The notes: generated by a model not told the origin, from the sequence alone. Counted from the stretch's first letter, positions 28,901 to 38,801 are shown. The stretch is 64,000 bases of DNA from an uncultured Rhodothermales bacterium (GCA_964414235.1 CAYPVZ010000001.1:3317-67316), one strand, 5' to 3'. Numbers and translations: made by a program.

Positions 28901-29141
28901 GGCGACGGATGGGCGAGACAGAGGCCCCGAGGTCGTGTCGAATACTCTAGGCCATTAGGCGCAAGAACAGAGACAGAGTTCGTTATGTCAAGGGAGTGTG
29001 AGGGACCCGAGGCGAGTCTGGCCCCCCGGAGAATGCCGCTGCAGGGTTTGGATCGTCCCGTTCCGGCCTCTTTGCGCCGTTTCGCGTCGCCGCCTTATCA
29101 GGCGACTCGCCGTGCTCTTCGGGGGCATTTTTCTGGGGAGT

Positions 29142-29167
29142 GTCCTGATAATGTTCGTTATCAGGAC
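29142..29167. other. Putative recombinase core site (dif-like palindrome)
   Basis: GTCCTGATAA-TGTTCG-TTATCAGGAC: 10-bp perfect arms, 6-bp spacer, ~240 bp upstream of the recombinase. Confidence 0.6.
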
Positions 29168-29831
29168 GAGAATCGGGGTCGTTTGCGACCATCGGTCTGA
29201 ATCGCCCCGGCTGAGTCGTCGAGGGCGGTTCGATCCCTGGACGGGTGGCTGTCACGCTGACAGCCGGTCGACGGAGCGGCGGCGGAAAGGGGAGAGGCGG
29301 GCGCTTTACCAGAGGCCTCGGTCCTGGCGGAGCGGACGGCCGGGGAGACCTGGAGGCGTCCTCGATGGTGGGCTCGAAGACGGGTCGTGCGAGGCGCGCC
29401 GAGCGCCAGCGCCCCGTCCCCGGTCCGGTCGAACTGGGCGGTCCGTGAGTGCGCCGCGCGCCACCCCATTTCCCGTCCCGAGCCGTGCTGGAGGCTCAGC
29501 CAGCGCTCGGGGTTCGGGGTTGACTCCCCGGCCTCGGCGGGTCGGGCGGAGCTGGGGCCACCTCGGCACGAGGTTCGCAGCGCCCGACTTCGCTGCCGCA
29601 TTTCTGTCGGCTAGCGGGATGGCCGTTCGGAGCGCGGAGGTGCGGCGGACCGCTGAGGCGGGCCGCTCGCCAGAGGCGAGGGGACGGCCGGTGGTGGTGC
29701 GTGACGGTCCGGTCCGTGAACCGGACTGGGCATCTCTAGGCACCCCGATGGGGAGAGCCGACATGCGTATGTCCGCTATTGCAACCCGCTTCTCTCTGTC
29801 ATCCCGCCGCCCCGCGGAGCGGGGTGACCGC

Positions 29832-30083
29832 TTATCCACACGCCGATGGGCCCCCATTACAGGGAAGGTTAAAAGAGGGGATACAAGATGGTCGTCCGAA
29901 TATTCGGGCCAAAGTCCGGGCCTGGCGACCTCTATCATAGAAGATGGTCGCCTCGGTATTCGGAGAGCGGCGGCACTTATTCCATATAGGTTGGTCGCCT
30001 CGATATTCGCAGGTCGCCCGTTTATTCGGAGAAGGTCGCCCCGGTATTCGTGGACAACTGGGCAGGGGAGGGGGTTGTCCACG
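29832..30083 (+). repeat. oriV2: five 17-bp iterons plus DnaA boxes
   Basis: Perfect DnaA box TTATCCACA 29832-29840; GGTCG(C/T)CNNNNTATTCG at 29890, 29946, 29993, 30012, 30034; inverted DnaA-like pair CGTGGACAAC 30049-30058 / GTTGTCCACG 30074-30083. Confidence 0.82.
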
Positions 30084-30226
30084 GTCTGCTCGGGTGAGCG
30101 GCACACCGGACAGGCATCGGCGCCCAGAAGCTGGCGTTGAAGCGGCCCAGACGTAGAGCGGGCCGCCAGCGGCCGGAGGATCTCCGGACTCGCCAGCGGC
30201 CCGTCTCGGGCGTCCGCGCGTGGTCG

Positions 30227-31363
30227 TCAGGTCCCGGCTCGCTTTGGGGGGCGGTACTCGACGTCGGGGCCGGTCGAGTAGACGGTGATCCGGCCTCTCG
30301 GGGCCTCGTAGCTGAGTTCGGGCCAGGTGGCCGCGATCGCTCGGAGCGCCCGGCGGACCTTGTAGCCGAAGTCCTTCTTGCCGCGCGGTGTGAGCGTTCC
30401 GTCCTCGTCGGTCCGGTAGTGGCTGCCGAGCTGGGCGTGGATCTGGTCGTAGTTCACCGTCAGGCTCTCGCGTCCCGTCCGCTGGAGGGCCGCGAGCCGG
30501 TAGGTGAGCCAGAGGTACAGGTCGTACGCCAAGGGCCACCCGCGGAAGAGGAGGGCCTTGCGGAAGTCGAGCGGGAAGCAGCTCGACACGATCTCCGACC
30601 AGAACTTGTCTGAGAGCGTGATGGAGCCGCCATCGATAGGTTCTGCGGTGGGCGTGCCGCCTCGGCTCCAGAAGTGGTAGTCGTCGACGACGAGCAGGTG
30701 CTCGCCCTTGAGGTCGCGGCGCCCGGGGGTGATGGTCTCCCACTCGAACGTGACGACGCATGTGGCGAGCCGCTGGAGTTGGTCGAGGACGTAGCCCAGG
30801 CGCCCGTTCGCGCCGCCGGAGGGCGTGACCTCGATCCGCTCGCAGAACGCGCTGATCGTATGTCCGAGGTTGATGGTGGGGCTCTTCTTGGTGCGCGCCT
30901 CGGTGACGACGTGGCACAGGAGGAGCCGGGCCAGGCCTCCGTAGGGGACGCCCCTCGAGACGCGTGGGTGGAGGTGGGTCGGCCCCTGCGTCATGCCCGC
31001 GCGGAGGGAGAGCGTGTAGTCGCAGTTGGTGGCCGTGTACTCCGTTGCCAAGAGCTTGAGCGTGCCGCCGTGGCCATCGGGGATCTCGACCGGCTCGCCG
31101 TCGGGGCCGAGCTGGTAGACCTCCTTGTGGGGCAGCATGGCCTGGACGAAGTGCGTCGGGCTCATGGCGATGGTGCCGGCGTCTCGAGCGCTTCGCTCCA
31201 GGATCTGCACCAGTTGGCGCGCGCGGTTGAGCCGTCGGGTGGAGGCGGCGCGCGACGCGAGGGGGTGACGCTCGGCCGATACCCGGCCGAGGGGTGGCAG
31301 TGCGGCGTCGGCGTGCGCCGAGGCCGGGGCTGATGGTGGCATCCGTAGGAGGGAATCGGGCAC
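30227..31363 (-). CDS. repA: Plasmid replication protein, RepA_C (IncW RepA-like) family, replicon 2
   Basis: QAMLPH, GVPYGGLARLLL..VVTEA..KKSPTINLG..ISAF, SGGANG...DQLQRL, AYDLYLWLTYRL. Confidence 0.85.
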   Translation of the reverse strand: MPDSLLRMPPSAPASAHADAALPPLGRVSAERHPLASRAASTRRLNRARQLVQILERSARDAGTIAMSPTHFVQAMLPHKEVYQLGPDGEPVEIPDGHGGTLKLLATEYTATNCDYTLSLRAGMTQGPTHLHPRVSRGVPYGGLARLLLCHVVTEARTKKSPTINLGHTISAFCERIEVTPSGGANGRLGYVLDQLQRLATCVVTFEWETITPGRRDLKGEHLLVVDDYHFWSRGGTPTAEPIDGGSITLSDKFWSEIVSSCFPLDFRKALLFRGWPLAYDLYLWLTYRLAALQRTGRESLTVNYDQIHAQLGSHYRTDEDGTLTPRGKKDFGYKVRRALRAIAATWPELSYEAPRGRITVYSTGPDVEYRPPKRAGT

Positions 31364-31634
31364 ACCCTCAGCCGATCATCAACGCTCTTTCCCGTTCGGC
31401 GATCTACCTTTCGGGACTCTCGCGGCGCTCATGCCGTGGGGTCTCTACGGCCCTGTAAATGAGAAGTCGAGGCCGGGCTCCATTGCACTGGGGTCCGGCC
31501 TCGCGTGGTGTGGGTGGGAGGGTGAGCGGGGTGTTCCATTGAGGAACGATGAAGGGAAGGTAAATCAGAGGGCTGGATTATGCGTCGTTTGCCTTAGGGT
31601 ATTAGCCGCAGCCCTGATGGGCAAACGCGACGAC

Positions 31635-31952
31635 TCACCGACCGCTCTCGACGGTGCCGCGCCGGACGGCCTCGTCGTACCAGGCGTTCGCCTCGCGGAG
31701 CCGAGCGTGCGCGTCATCCAGGAGGGCTCCCGGAGAGGTGTCAAGCGCGATGGCGATGCGGAGGAGTGTCGGGATGGTGACGTTCCGCTCGCCGCGGTCC
31801 ACCTGGCCGACGAAACTCCGGTCGAGGCCGGAGGCCCCGGCCAGCTTCTCCTGGCTGAGGCCGAGCTGAGTGCGGCGTGCGCGGACCGCCTGCCCCAGGA
31901 ACTCCTCGGGCTGGGGATCGACAGGGAGTCGGGTCCGCGACATGCTGGGCAT
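31635..31952 (-). CDS. XRE-family HTH regulator (controller-protein-like)
   Basis: VRARRTQLGLSQEKLA..SGLDRSFVGQVDRGERNVTIPTLLRIA. Confidence 0.88.
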   Translation of the reverse strand: MPSMSRTRLPVDPQPEEFLGQAVRARRTQLGLSQEKLAGASGLDRSFVGQVDRGERNVTIPTLLRIAIALDTSPGALLDDAHARLREANAWYDEAVRRGTVESGR

Positions 31953-31969
31953 GGCGCAGATTCCCCGGA

Positions 31970-31997
31970 TACGGACTCTATGTCTACGGGATCTATG
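31970..31997. promoter_or_regulatory. Putative XRE operator (13-bp direct repeat, 15-bp period)
   Basis: TACGGACTCTATG (31970) and TACGGGATCTATG (31985), immediately upstream of the XRE start. Confidence 0.5.
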
Positions 31998-32175
31998 GAC
32001 CCCCCAGCCGGTTGCTCAGTGTGGATCGAGACGCCAGAGGCCGCGGGCTGCTGGGCGGTAGTGCCGTTACGTCTCTGTTTCTTCAGCTCAAAGCGACCGG
32101 CGGTTCGGTACCCTAGCGAGATGGGCACCCGCGAGTGCCCTGCTCCTTGGCCGTCCGCCTGCACACGTACCCCCA

Positions 32176-32619
32176 ATGCCGACTTCGGCACACCCCCGCA
32201 CACCCTTCGAGGGGACAGGCGACGAGTCGCCGTCCTACGACACGGACGGCCCCATCGTCACATCGATCGAGTACTACGTCCTGCTGGTCACGAAGCGTCG
32301 GCGGCCCCACTTCGCGGACCCGGTCGCGCGGGAGCGCGTGGAGACGCTCCTCGTCGAGCTGGCGGAGACGCTCGGGTGCCGGATGACGAGCTGCGAGGTG
32401 AAGCCGTCCACGGCTCTGCTCCAGGTGCGGGCGCCGTCGACGATCGCGCCTCACATGATCGTGCGGGGGTTGCGGCGCGGGGTGGTCCAGCCGCTGAAGG
32501 CGGAGTTCGATGCGATCCGGCGGGCGGGGTCAGTGTTCGTGCGGCCGTACCTGCTGGCGACGGTGCCGATGCCGGACGGGGACTGCGAGGCGTTCGAGCG
32601 GCGGATTCCGACGCGGTAG
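32176..32619 (+). CDS. IS200/IS605 TnpA (Y1)-like protein lacking the HUH and catalytic Tyr residues
   Basis: YYVLLVTKRRR, CEVKPSTALL (vs MPDHVHLL), IVRGLRRG, FVRPYLLATV, AFERRI (vs YIENQ). Confidence 0.7.
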   Translation: MPTSAHPRTPFEGTGDESPSYDTDGPIVTSIEYYVLLVTKRRRPHFADPVARERVETLLVELAETLGCRMTSCEVKPSTALLQVRAPSTIAPHMIVRGLRRGVVQPLKAEFDAIRRAGSVFVRPYLLATVPMPDGDCEAFERRIPTR

Positions 32620-32782
32620 AGCGCGGCCACTGAGGAAAGCGATGCTGGGTACGGAAGGAGTCGAGGAGGATCGACTATGACTTATGAGAATGAAGGTTCT
32701 CGATAGACGTAGCTTCCACGACGCGACCCCTCGACAGCTCGATGGAGTCAGGTAATGAGTGTAGCGAAACTGCAATAACGGA

Positions 32783-33841
32783 ATGAACGAGTCAGCCCTT
32801 CCTGTCCCAGCCCTCGCCGCCGTCGAGGTCGCGAGCCCTCGGTCTGGTCCCAACCCGGCCACGGTCTACCTCGCGCGCTTGGCACCCGGCAGCCGACGGA
32901 CCATGCGCGGCGCGCTGGCCACTGTGGCGGAGATCTGCGTGCCCGACGCCGACCCGCCTCTGGCGCCAGAGGCGTTCCCGTGGTGGTCGTTCCGCGCCGA
33001 GCACGCCAAGGCGGTCCGGGCCGTGCTGGCGGAGCGGTTCAAGTACACGACCGTCAACAAGACGCTCTCCGCGCTCCGGGGCGTCCTGCGCGAGGCGTGG
33101 GAGCTCGGGCTCATGGAGACCGAGCACTACCACCGCGCCGCGGCGGTCCGCGCGGTCAAGGGGTCATCCGCTTCGGCGGCCACAGGCCGTTCCCTCGCCA
33201 GAGGCGAGCTGCGCGCGCTCATCGAGGCGTGTTTGACGCCGGTGTCGCCCCGGAAGGGTGATGCTCCGATCGTGACCGAGAAAGGACAACGCGATGCGGC
33301 GCTCGTGGCGTTGGGCTACGGGTGCGGCCTGCGCCGGGACGAGCTGGCGACGCTCATGGTGGGCGACCTCGACCTCGTGCAGCGGCGGGTCGTCGTGCGC
33401 GGCAAGGGCAACAAGGAGCGGGTCGTGCCGATCCCGCCGGGGGCGTTCCATGCGCTGCGAGATTACCTCACGGTCCGTGTGGAGAGGCTCGTCGACGCCC
33501 GCGACGAGCCCTCCCTCCTCTCACCTATATATAGTGACACGCCACTCTTCGTCCGGGCACGTCGTGGCGGACGGTTGGATCGCGATGCGGAGTCCCTCAC
33601 GGGGCAGGCGGTCTACCACGTGCTCAAGACAAGGGCGACCGAGGCGGGCGTCGAGGCGTTCAGCCCCCACGACCTCAGGCGGAGCTACGTGGGGGACTTG
33701 CTGGACGAGGGCGCAGACTTGTCGGTCGCGCAGCAGCTCGCGGGGCACGCCAGTCCGACGACGACGGCGGGGTACGACCGGCGGGGGGAACGTGCGAAGG
33801 AGCAGGCGGCATCAAGACTCGACGTGCCTTACGATGGCTAA
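32783..33841 (+). CDS. Tyrosine recombinase (TnpS/Cre-like plasmid resolvase type)
   Basis: NPATVYLARLAPGSRRTM N-terminus; GLRRDE, GKGNKER, PHDLRRS, AGHASP.TTAGYDRR. Confidence 0.92.
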   Translation: MNESALPVPALAAVEVASPRSGPNPATVYLARLAPGSRRTMRGALATVAEICVPDADPPLAPEAFPWWSFRAEHAKAVRAVLAERFKYTTVNKTLSALRGVLREAWELGLMETEHYHRAAAVRAVKGSSASAATGRSLARGELRALIEACLTPVSPRKGDAPIVTEKGQRDAALVALGYGCGLRRDELATLMVGDLDLVQRRVVVRGKGNKERVVPIPPGAFHALRDYLTVRVERLVDARDEPSLLSPIYSDTPLFVRARRGGRLDRDAESLTGQAVYHVLKTRATEAGVEAFSPHDLRRSYVGDLLDEGADLSVAQQLAGHASPTTTAGYDRRGERAKEQAASRLDVPYDG

Positions 33842-33874
33842 CGCCCCCGCCGATCAATGGCCCGGCGATGCTCT

Positions 33875-36800
33875 TCAACTCCCTCGACCGTGGCAGTGCT
33901 TGAACTTTTTGCCACTGCCGCACGGACAAGGCTGGTTCCGAGGGTTCTTCCTTGACGAACGCCGATCTGGAGACGCTGTCTCAGACGTCGCCTTCGAACG
34001 ACGCCATGCGAGGAACTCGTCGACAGGAGGCGCAACTACGCCCTCCGGAATGATTGGCTCCGTGTCCGCCAGCAGTGCAACGGAGTCCGGGTCATGCCGG
34101 CCGATCTCCCAGGCATCCTTGACAACGAGATTTTTTAGGCCTAGCACAGCACCAAAATTGACGCTCTTCATCTGAAGCCCCTCGATGACCCCAGACGCAA
34201 AGCCAAAACGGCCATGGCGTTCGTAGTCCGCCAGGAACCTGTTCAGGTTGAAGCTGCTCTGAGGCTCCATCAGGTGGATCCGAGATCCCAGGCTGGTAAA
34301 CCGGATGTCTCCATCGAATGCAGTGTCTGGGTCCGACCCAACAATCACTCGGTAGTGGGCCGGGTTGTCTCGGTCAACTCCGCGAATCAATGCGACCCGA
34401 AGGATCGCGTTGTCGTCGTACTGGCCATACTCGTCCATCCACCGCTCGAAGATCTCCCGACCGACGTTACCGTTTCGGAACATCAAGACGAGTAGAGGGG
34501 GATGCACGCCGTCCGGGTCATGGACAAAGCCGACGCCTGACCACCCGGCCTTACTCCAGAGGCCGTCTCGGATTGGAGAGACCGTCTGCATCTCCGAGTG
34601 CTTCGCCCTTCCAGCATCCAGATCAGGAGGAGGATCGCCTTTGCCAAAGGTCAGTTTCGACTCGCGAGGGGGTGGATCCGGTGCGCTACCACTCCAACGC
34701 TTCGTGCGGAGAAGCGGATACTCGCGTCCATATTCATAGAGCCGGAGCTGAAGTGGGGGGGTATGACCCAGAACGTTACCGATCGTCATGAACGAGCTCG
34801 TGAACGCGAACGCTCGATCGAGAGACTCTTGGCCCTCGAAGAGGTCCGACAGCGTGCTTTCCAGATCGGCGAAGTGAGTCGTGTGCGCTACGAGAGAGGT
34901 CACGATCTCGAGCGTCTTCTCGCGCACCGCAAGCTGCTCGTCGAGGTCCAGCGCGTGCGGATCGAACGGGCGGACGCTCACCTCGAAGTGAGGACGCCCC
35001 CCTTCCTCGGTGACCTCGAAACTGAAAGGGCGAGGGGCAAAGTCTGACGACCGGACTCGCACCGTTACATCGGGAAGCCCCGCGATCGCTTGCTCGACCG
35101 ATAGCGAGCCCAGAAGGGCTTCGGCAGCGGCGAGTATCGATTCCGCGAGTTCGACGCACGGCGCCCCGTTGTCGGCCTCGACCGTGTAGTCGCACCCGAA
35201 GATTCCAGACCGGAGGACAACGCGCTGTCCGTTCCAAAGTGCGGGCTCCTTGGGTAGGTCGTCGGCTACGGGCTGCTGACTGAGCATCACGAAGAAATCC
35301 TCGCGCTCGTCGGGGCCGAAGCCAAGCCGGTCCCATACCTCTTCGTCATGACCGAGGGCGTAAATGAGGGCCATAGACGCGGCAGGAAGTCCTATCCGCT
35401 CGAGTCCGTCAGGTAGTTGTTTCAGACGCCCGAGATCGAAAATGCCGGCACGGAGCAGGAGCACCGCAACGGACGCATCGAAGATCTCGGCGTCCCCGAA
35501 AGCCTGGTCTGGATCGTCACTGTGGGCAGCAAGCGCGGACTCGACAGAGGCGTGGCTCGTATGCCACGCCAGAACGTGGGGAAGGCGGCCGAGTTGGAGC
35601 TCGATCCACTTGAGGCGGCGGTAGCATGCGGCCTGGACGCGCGTGACCTCCCCATAGCGCCACAGCTCATCGGTGGCGAGTGACGCCGCCGCGGCGAGCG
35701 TTCCACGCGCCGCCCACAAGAGACCGAGCTGTTCGTAAGCGACCCCGCCGAGATACAGCGCGATGACGGCCTCGTGACGGCCCTCGTGGTTGTAGAGCTT
35801 GCTGAACGAGCGGCCGAGCACGCGAATGGCGTCCCGAGGCCGGTCTTGGTCTAGGAACTGGCGACCTCGTTGCATGAGGAGCCGAGCCGCTCTAAGGCCC
35901 TCGTCTTGCTCGGACGAGATGGTCAAGGTGGCCTCGAAGAGCTCGTCGTACCCAGGGGCGTCACCGAGGACTTCGCCCAGTTGGGTCACGCTCTGGACGA
36001 TCGTATCGAGCGGAAACCCGGTGAGCCCCCTGGCCTGTCGCACAATCTGGGCGAGATCACGCAATACGGGTTCCGGAGACGAGCCGGACGCGATCCGGTG
36101 CGCGAGATCGATGTTCAAAAGGAAGGTCTCGGCCTGGAGAGCCGTACTCGGGCGGGCCACTTCCAGCGCTAGGCGTTCGAGCTCAGCTATCAGCGTCGCA
36201 GTCCGCTCCTTCATTGAAGAGCGGCCCGCTTCGTCCCCAGCCCGCCTCGCATAGAGGAGGTGCCACAAGTTGGTCAAGCGCTCGAGGTCGTACGCGTTGC
36301 GGCTCCCGGCAGCACGGGCTTCGACTTCGGCGTACTGCTCCTCCAGGCCCTGCTCGTCCTCGAACCACCAGTACGTGGTCCACGCTCGTTGATAGGCGAC
36401 CTCGACCCGCTGGCGGTCGGTTCCGTACCGGGTCGCAAAGCGGTCGGCTCGGGCGAACAGTCCGTCCACCTCGTGCCGTGGACGGTCGAGGCCGCGAGCG
36501 ATCTCGGCCGCGTCCAGCGCTGCGGACGCGAGGGGGGGACCGAGCGCCTGGTCCTGAATGGCCTGTCCGATCCAATCCTCTACGTTGGCCAAGGCCTCCT
36601 CCCTCTCTAGGTCTCGCGGTCCTTGCCGAACGAGCCGGTCCGTCTGCGAGCGGAGGCCGAGCTCCTGCTCAACGAGGTCTTCGTGACCGCCCTCGAACAC
36701 CCGGTCGAGGATCCACGTCCTGTCGAGAATGCGGACATCCAAGCCGTGCTCCTTTCGGAGTTGGTCCTCCACCTCTGCGCGCTTGCGATCTGGGACGAAC

Positions 36801-37309
36801 TGGTTGGTGATGAAATAGGCCCTGACATAGTCCCGGTCGGTGGCTGCGACTTTAGCGATGTCGGAGCGGACCTTGGGGCGCCAGGCTGCTTTGGCACTGA
36901 ACGCGAAGGCCCAGCGATCGCGCGATGCTCCCTCGTCGTACCCGACAATCCAGATGAAAGCGAGGTCTTCCGCGACCGGGTACGTCTCGCTGTCCACCTT
37001 GCTATCGCCGCCACCGGTCGGTCCAGTCTGAGGAAGGAGGTTGGGGCATAGCTCGCGCTTCGCGAGACCATGGGCAAAGCGCTCGAAATCGGTCTCTTGC
37101 CCTCGGCTCGTGAGCGTATCGAGGTGGTACTCGAGCAACTGACGGTCGATCGTACGCTCCTCGGTGAAGGTGGAGTCCGAAAACCGTTCTGGGCGTCGGC
37201 TTTGGAGGAAGGCGCGCGGGCTGTACCGCGGCGCCTCTCCAGTCGCGCCGAGCACGCCCTGAGAGGACTGGCCGCCGAGTTCAGGGGCGAGGGGATCAGG
37301 TTCGGCCAT
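33875..37309 (-). CDS. Large protein: N-terminal restriction-endonuclease-like domain, TPR-like helices, C-terminal SEC-C motif
   Basis: DFERFA...GPTGGGDSKVDSET...FAFSAK...YFITNQ; helical repeats; RNQPCPCGSGKKFKHCHG. Confidence 0.7.
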   Translation of the reverse strand: MAEPDPLAPELGGQSSQGVLGATGEAPRYSPRAFLQSRRPERFSDSTFTEERTIDRQLLEYHLDTLTSRGQETDFERFAHGLAKRELCPNLLPQTGPTGGGDSKVDSETYPVAEDLAFIWIVGYDEGASRDRWAFAFSAKAAWRPKVRSDIAKVAATDRDYVRAYFITNQFVPDRKRAEVEDQLRKEHGLDVRILDRTWILDRVFEGGHEDLVEQELGLRSQTDRLVRQGPRDLEREEALANVEDWIGQAIQDQALGPPLASAALDAAEIARGLDRPRHEVDGLFARADRFATRYGTDRQRVEVAYQRAWTTYWWFEDEQGLEEQYAEVEARAAGSRNAYDLERLTNLWHLLYARRAGDEAGRSSMKERTATLIAELERLALEVARPSTALQAETFLLNIDLAHRIASGSSPEPVLRDLAQIVRQARGLTGFPLDTIVQSVTQLGEVLGDAPGYDELFEATLTISSEQDEGLRAARLLMQRGRQFLDQDRPRDAIRVLGRSFSKLYNHEGRHEAVIALYLGGVAYEQLGLLWAARGTLAAAASLATDELWRYGEVTRVQAACYRRLKWIELQLGRLPHVLAWHTSHASVESALAAHSDDPDQAFGDAEIFDASVAVLLLRAGIFDLGRLKQLPDGLERIGLPAASMALIYALGHDEEVWDRLGFGPDEREDFFVMLSQQPVADDLPKEPALWNGQRVVLRSGIFGCDYTVEADNGAPCVELAESILAAAEALLGSLSVEQAIAGLPDVTVRVRSSDFAPRPFSFEVTEEGGRPHFEVSVRPFDPHALDLDEQLAVREKTLEIVTSLVAHTTHFADLESTLSDLFEGQESLDRAFAFTSSFMTIGNVLGHTPPLQLRLYEYGREYPLLRTKRWSGSAPDPPPRESKLTFGKGDPPPDLDAGRAKHSEMQTVSPIRDGLWSKAGWSGVGFVHDPDGVHPPLLVLMFRNGNVGREIFERWMDEYGQYDDNAILRVALIRGVDRDNPAHYRVIVGSDPDTAFDGDIRFTSLGSRIHLMEPQSSFNLNRFLADYERHGRFGFASGVIEGLQMKSVNFGAVLGLKNLVVKDAWEIGRHDPDSVALLADTEPIIPEGVVAPPVDEFLAWRRSKATSETASPDRRSSRKNPRNQPCPCGSGKKFKHCHGRGS

Positions 37310-38801
37310 GACAGTGCTTGTACTTGCGACCGCTCCCGCATGGGCACGGCTTGTTGCGTGGGTTCTTCGGCAGACGTGGGGGCTCTGGATACTCCTTTTC
37401 GTGCGCCCGGTGCTGAGTGATCTCGGTCAGCAGGCCTACCTCCTCATGGAAGTAGGCAGCGTCTGCTGCTTGCTGCGACGTCCACTCCCGAGCATCGAGC
37501 CAGAGGCCGTCCTCGGAGTGGTCGCTCCCATGAAGAGGAGAGGTCGCAATGCCGATGATGTCCTCGGCGTCCGGGAAGACGTGCTTTGCCGCCAGGCAGT
37601 ACCCTTCCAAAAGCTTGCCCCGAGTCTCGCGGTACTCCTCGTAGCTCTCGCAATACGATGGCCGCCCAAACACCAGGAACACATAGTGGGGCTCGCCGGG
37701 AAGCCGGGGAAGGATGACGCGTGCCGCTTTCCAGTCCCGCCCATCGTCGGGATACTGGAGTACAAGGTCGCAAATCGCACGCCCAAGGACCCGGCGATGG
37801 AATCGAGGTTCGGCAGCGAGGAATCGAACGATGTGCTCGCGCGCTCGGGGCGAGGGATCCGTCGCGTGGTAGTACCGACCGCCGATGATGTGCCGGTTGA
37901 ACGTCTCGATAAGCCGGTCCCAGGTGTAGCTCACTTGGTCGGCTTCGATCTGGGCTCGTCGCTGCGGGGAACGCGAGAAGTCGGACCAGTGGCCCTCGTC
38001 GAGGCCAAAGTGGGTGTAGCCGCCAGGGATGTCGAAGCCGTGCTCCCCGTCGTCGTCTAGGTTGGCGAGGTAGCGCGCGAGCAGCTCTTCCTCACCGGCC
38101 ACGGTGACGATCAGGTCGGATCGGAGGAGGTCTTCCTTCTTCCGGAGGTACGCCGTGAAGTCAGCGACGGTGTCGAGCGTGCGGAGCACGATCTCCAGCG
38201 ACGTGTCCTCGAACGCGTGAACGAACCCCTTCCGGGGGTCCAAGTCTCCGACCACGAAAGGACCCACTGCGGGTCCCGGTTCGGCAAAATGGTCGTCGCC
38301 GACGACAGCGCTGTTGATGATGAAGCTTCCACTCCCCCCTCCGTAGTACCGGCGGCACGGCTCGACGGCGTTGTGCGCGACCACGACGTGGTGAAATCGG
38401 GCGCGGTTGGGAGGCGGAATGTTGATGGGGAAAGACTCATTGCATTGCCGGTCGAGGAACAGGCGGTCGGGGTGTGCGCGAATCCACCGCTCTGCCCCCC
38501 ACGCCTGTTGGGCGGACTTCCATACGGCTCGTTTGAACCATCGCCGCCAGTCTAAGACGGGGTCGTCTGTGTTCGGGAAAACGCAGTCTTTGTCCGAGAA
38601 GACGATGATGTCGTCACCAAACACGACGAGCAGGTCCGCAACCTCCTTCCCTTCCCCCGTCGAACCCTGATCGCGGTACACGCTGGGGTATGACCAAAGC
38701 GATAGGAACGTTCGGTCGCAGAGCTTCTGGAGGTACCGCTCCGCATCGGTAACGCCTTGCGCACGATGTATGGGTGGGCTCGGCTTTGATGATCCTGGCA
38801 T
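37296..38801 (-). CDS. NERD-like PD-(D/E)xK nuclease-domain protein with C-terminal SEC-C motif
   Basis: AERYL...KEVADLLVVFGDDIIVFSDK; RNKPCPCGSGRKYKHCHG; ATG at 38801. Confidence 0.72.
   Translation of the reverse strand: MPGSSKPSPPIHRAQGVTDAERYLQKLCDRTFLSLWSYPSVYRDQGSTGEGKEVADLLVVFGDDIIVFSDKDCVFPNTDDPVLDWRRWFKRAVWKSAQQAWGAERWIRAHPDRLFLDRQCNESFPINIPPPNRARFHHVVVAHNAVEPCRRYYGGGSGSFIINSAVVGDDHFAEPGPAVGPFVVGDLDPRKGFVHAFEDTSLEIVLRTLDTVADFTAYLRKKEDLLRSDLIVTVAGEEELLARYLANLDDDGEHGFDIPGGYTHFGLDEGHWSDFSRSPQRRAQIEADQVSYTWDRLIETFNRHIIGGRYYHATDPSPRAREHIVRFLAAEPRFHRRVLGRAICDLVLQYPDDGRDWKAARVILPRLPGEPHYVFLVFGRPSYCESYEEYRETRGKLLEGYCLAAKHVFPDAEDIIGIATSPLHGSDHSEDGLWLDAREWTSQQAADAAYFHEEVGLLTEITQHRAHEKEYPEPPRLPKNPRNKPCPCGSGRKYKHCHGRT

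Noticed and set aside
29200..29830. ORFs 28998-30140, 29161-29601 and 29306-30106
   Set aside because: Low-complexity translations that run through the recombination site or origin; likely non-coding
29890..30050. Second repeat cluster read as CRISPR or ncRNA array
   Set aside because: Degenerate 17-mers with irregular short gaps beside repA and DnaA boxes: iterons
32100..32700. Active IS200/IS605 element
   Set aside because: Catalytic residues missing, no tnpB, no convincing end hairpins
33875..38801. SEC-C proteins as SecA translocase
   Set aside because: No SecA DEAD-motor motifs; only the terminal metal-binding motif is shared
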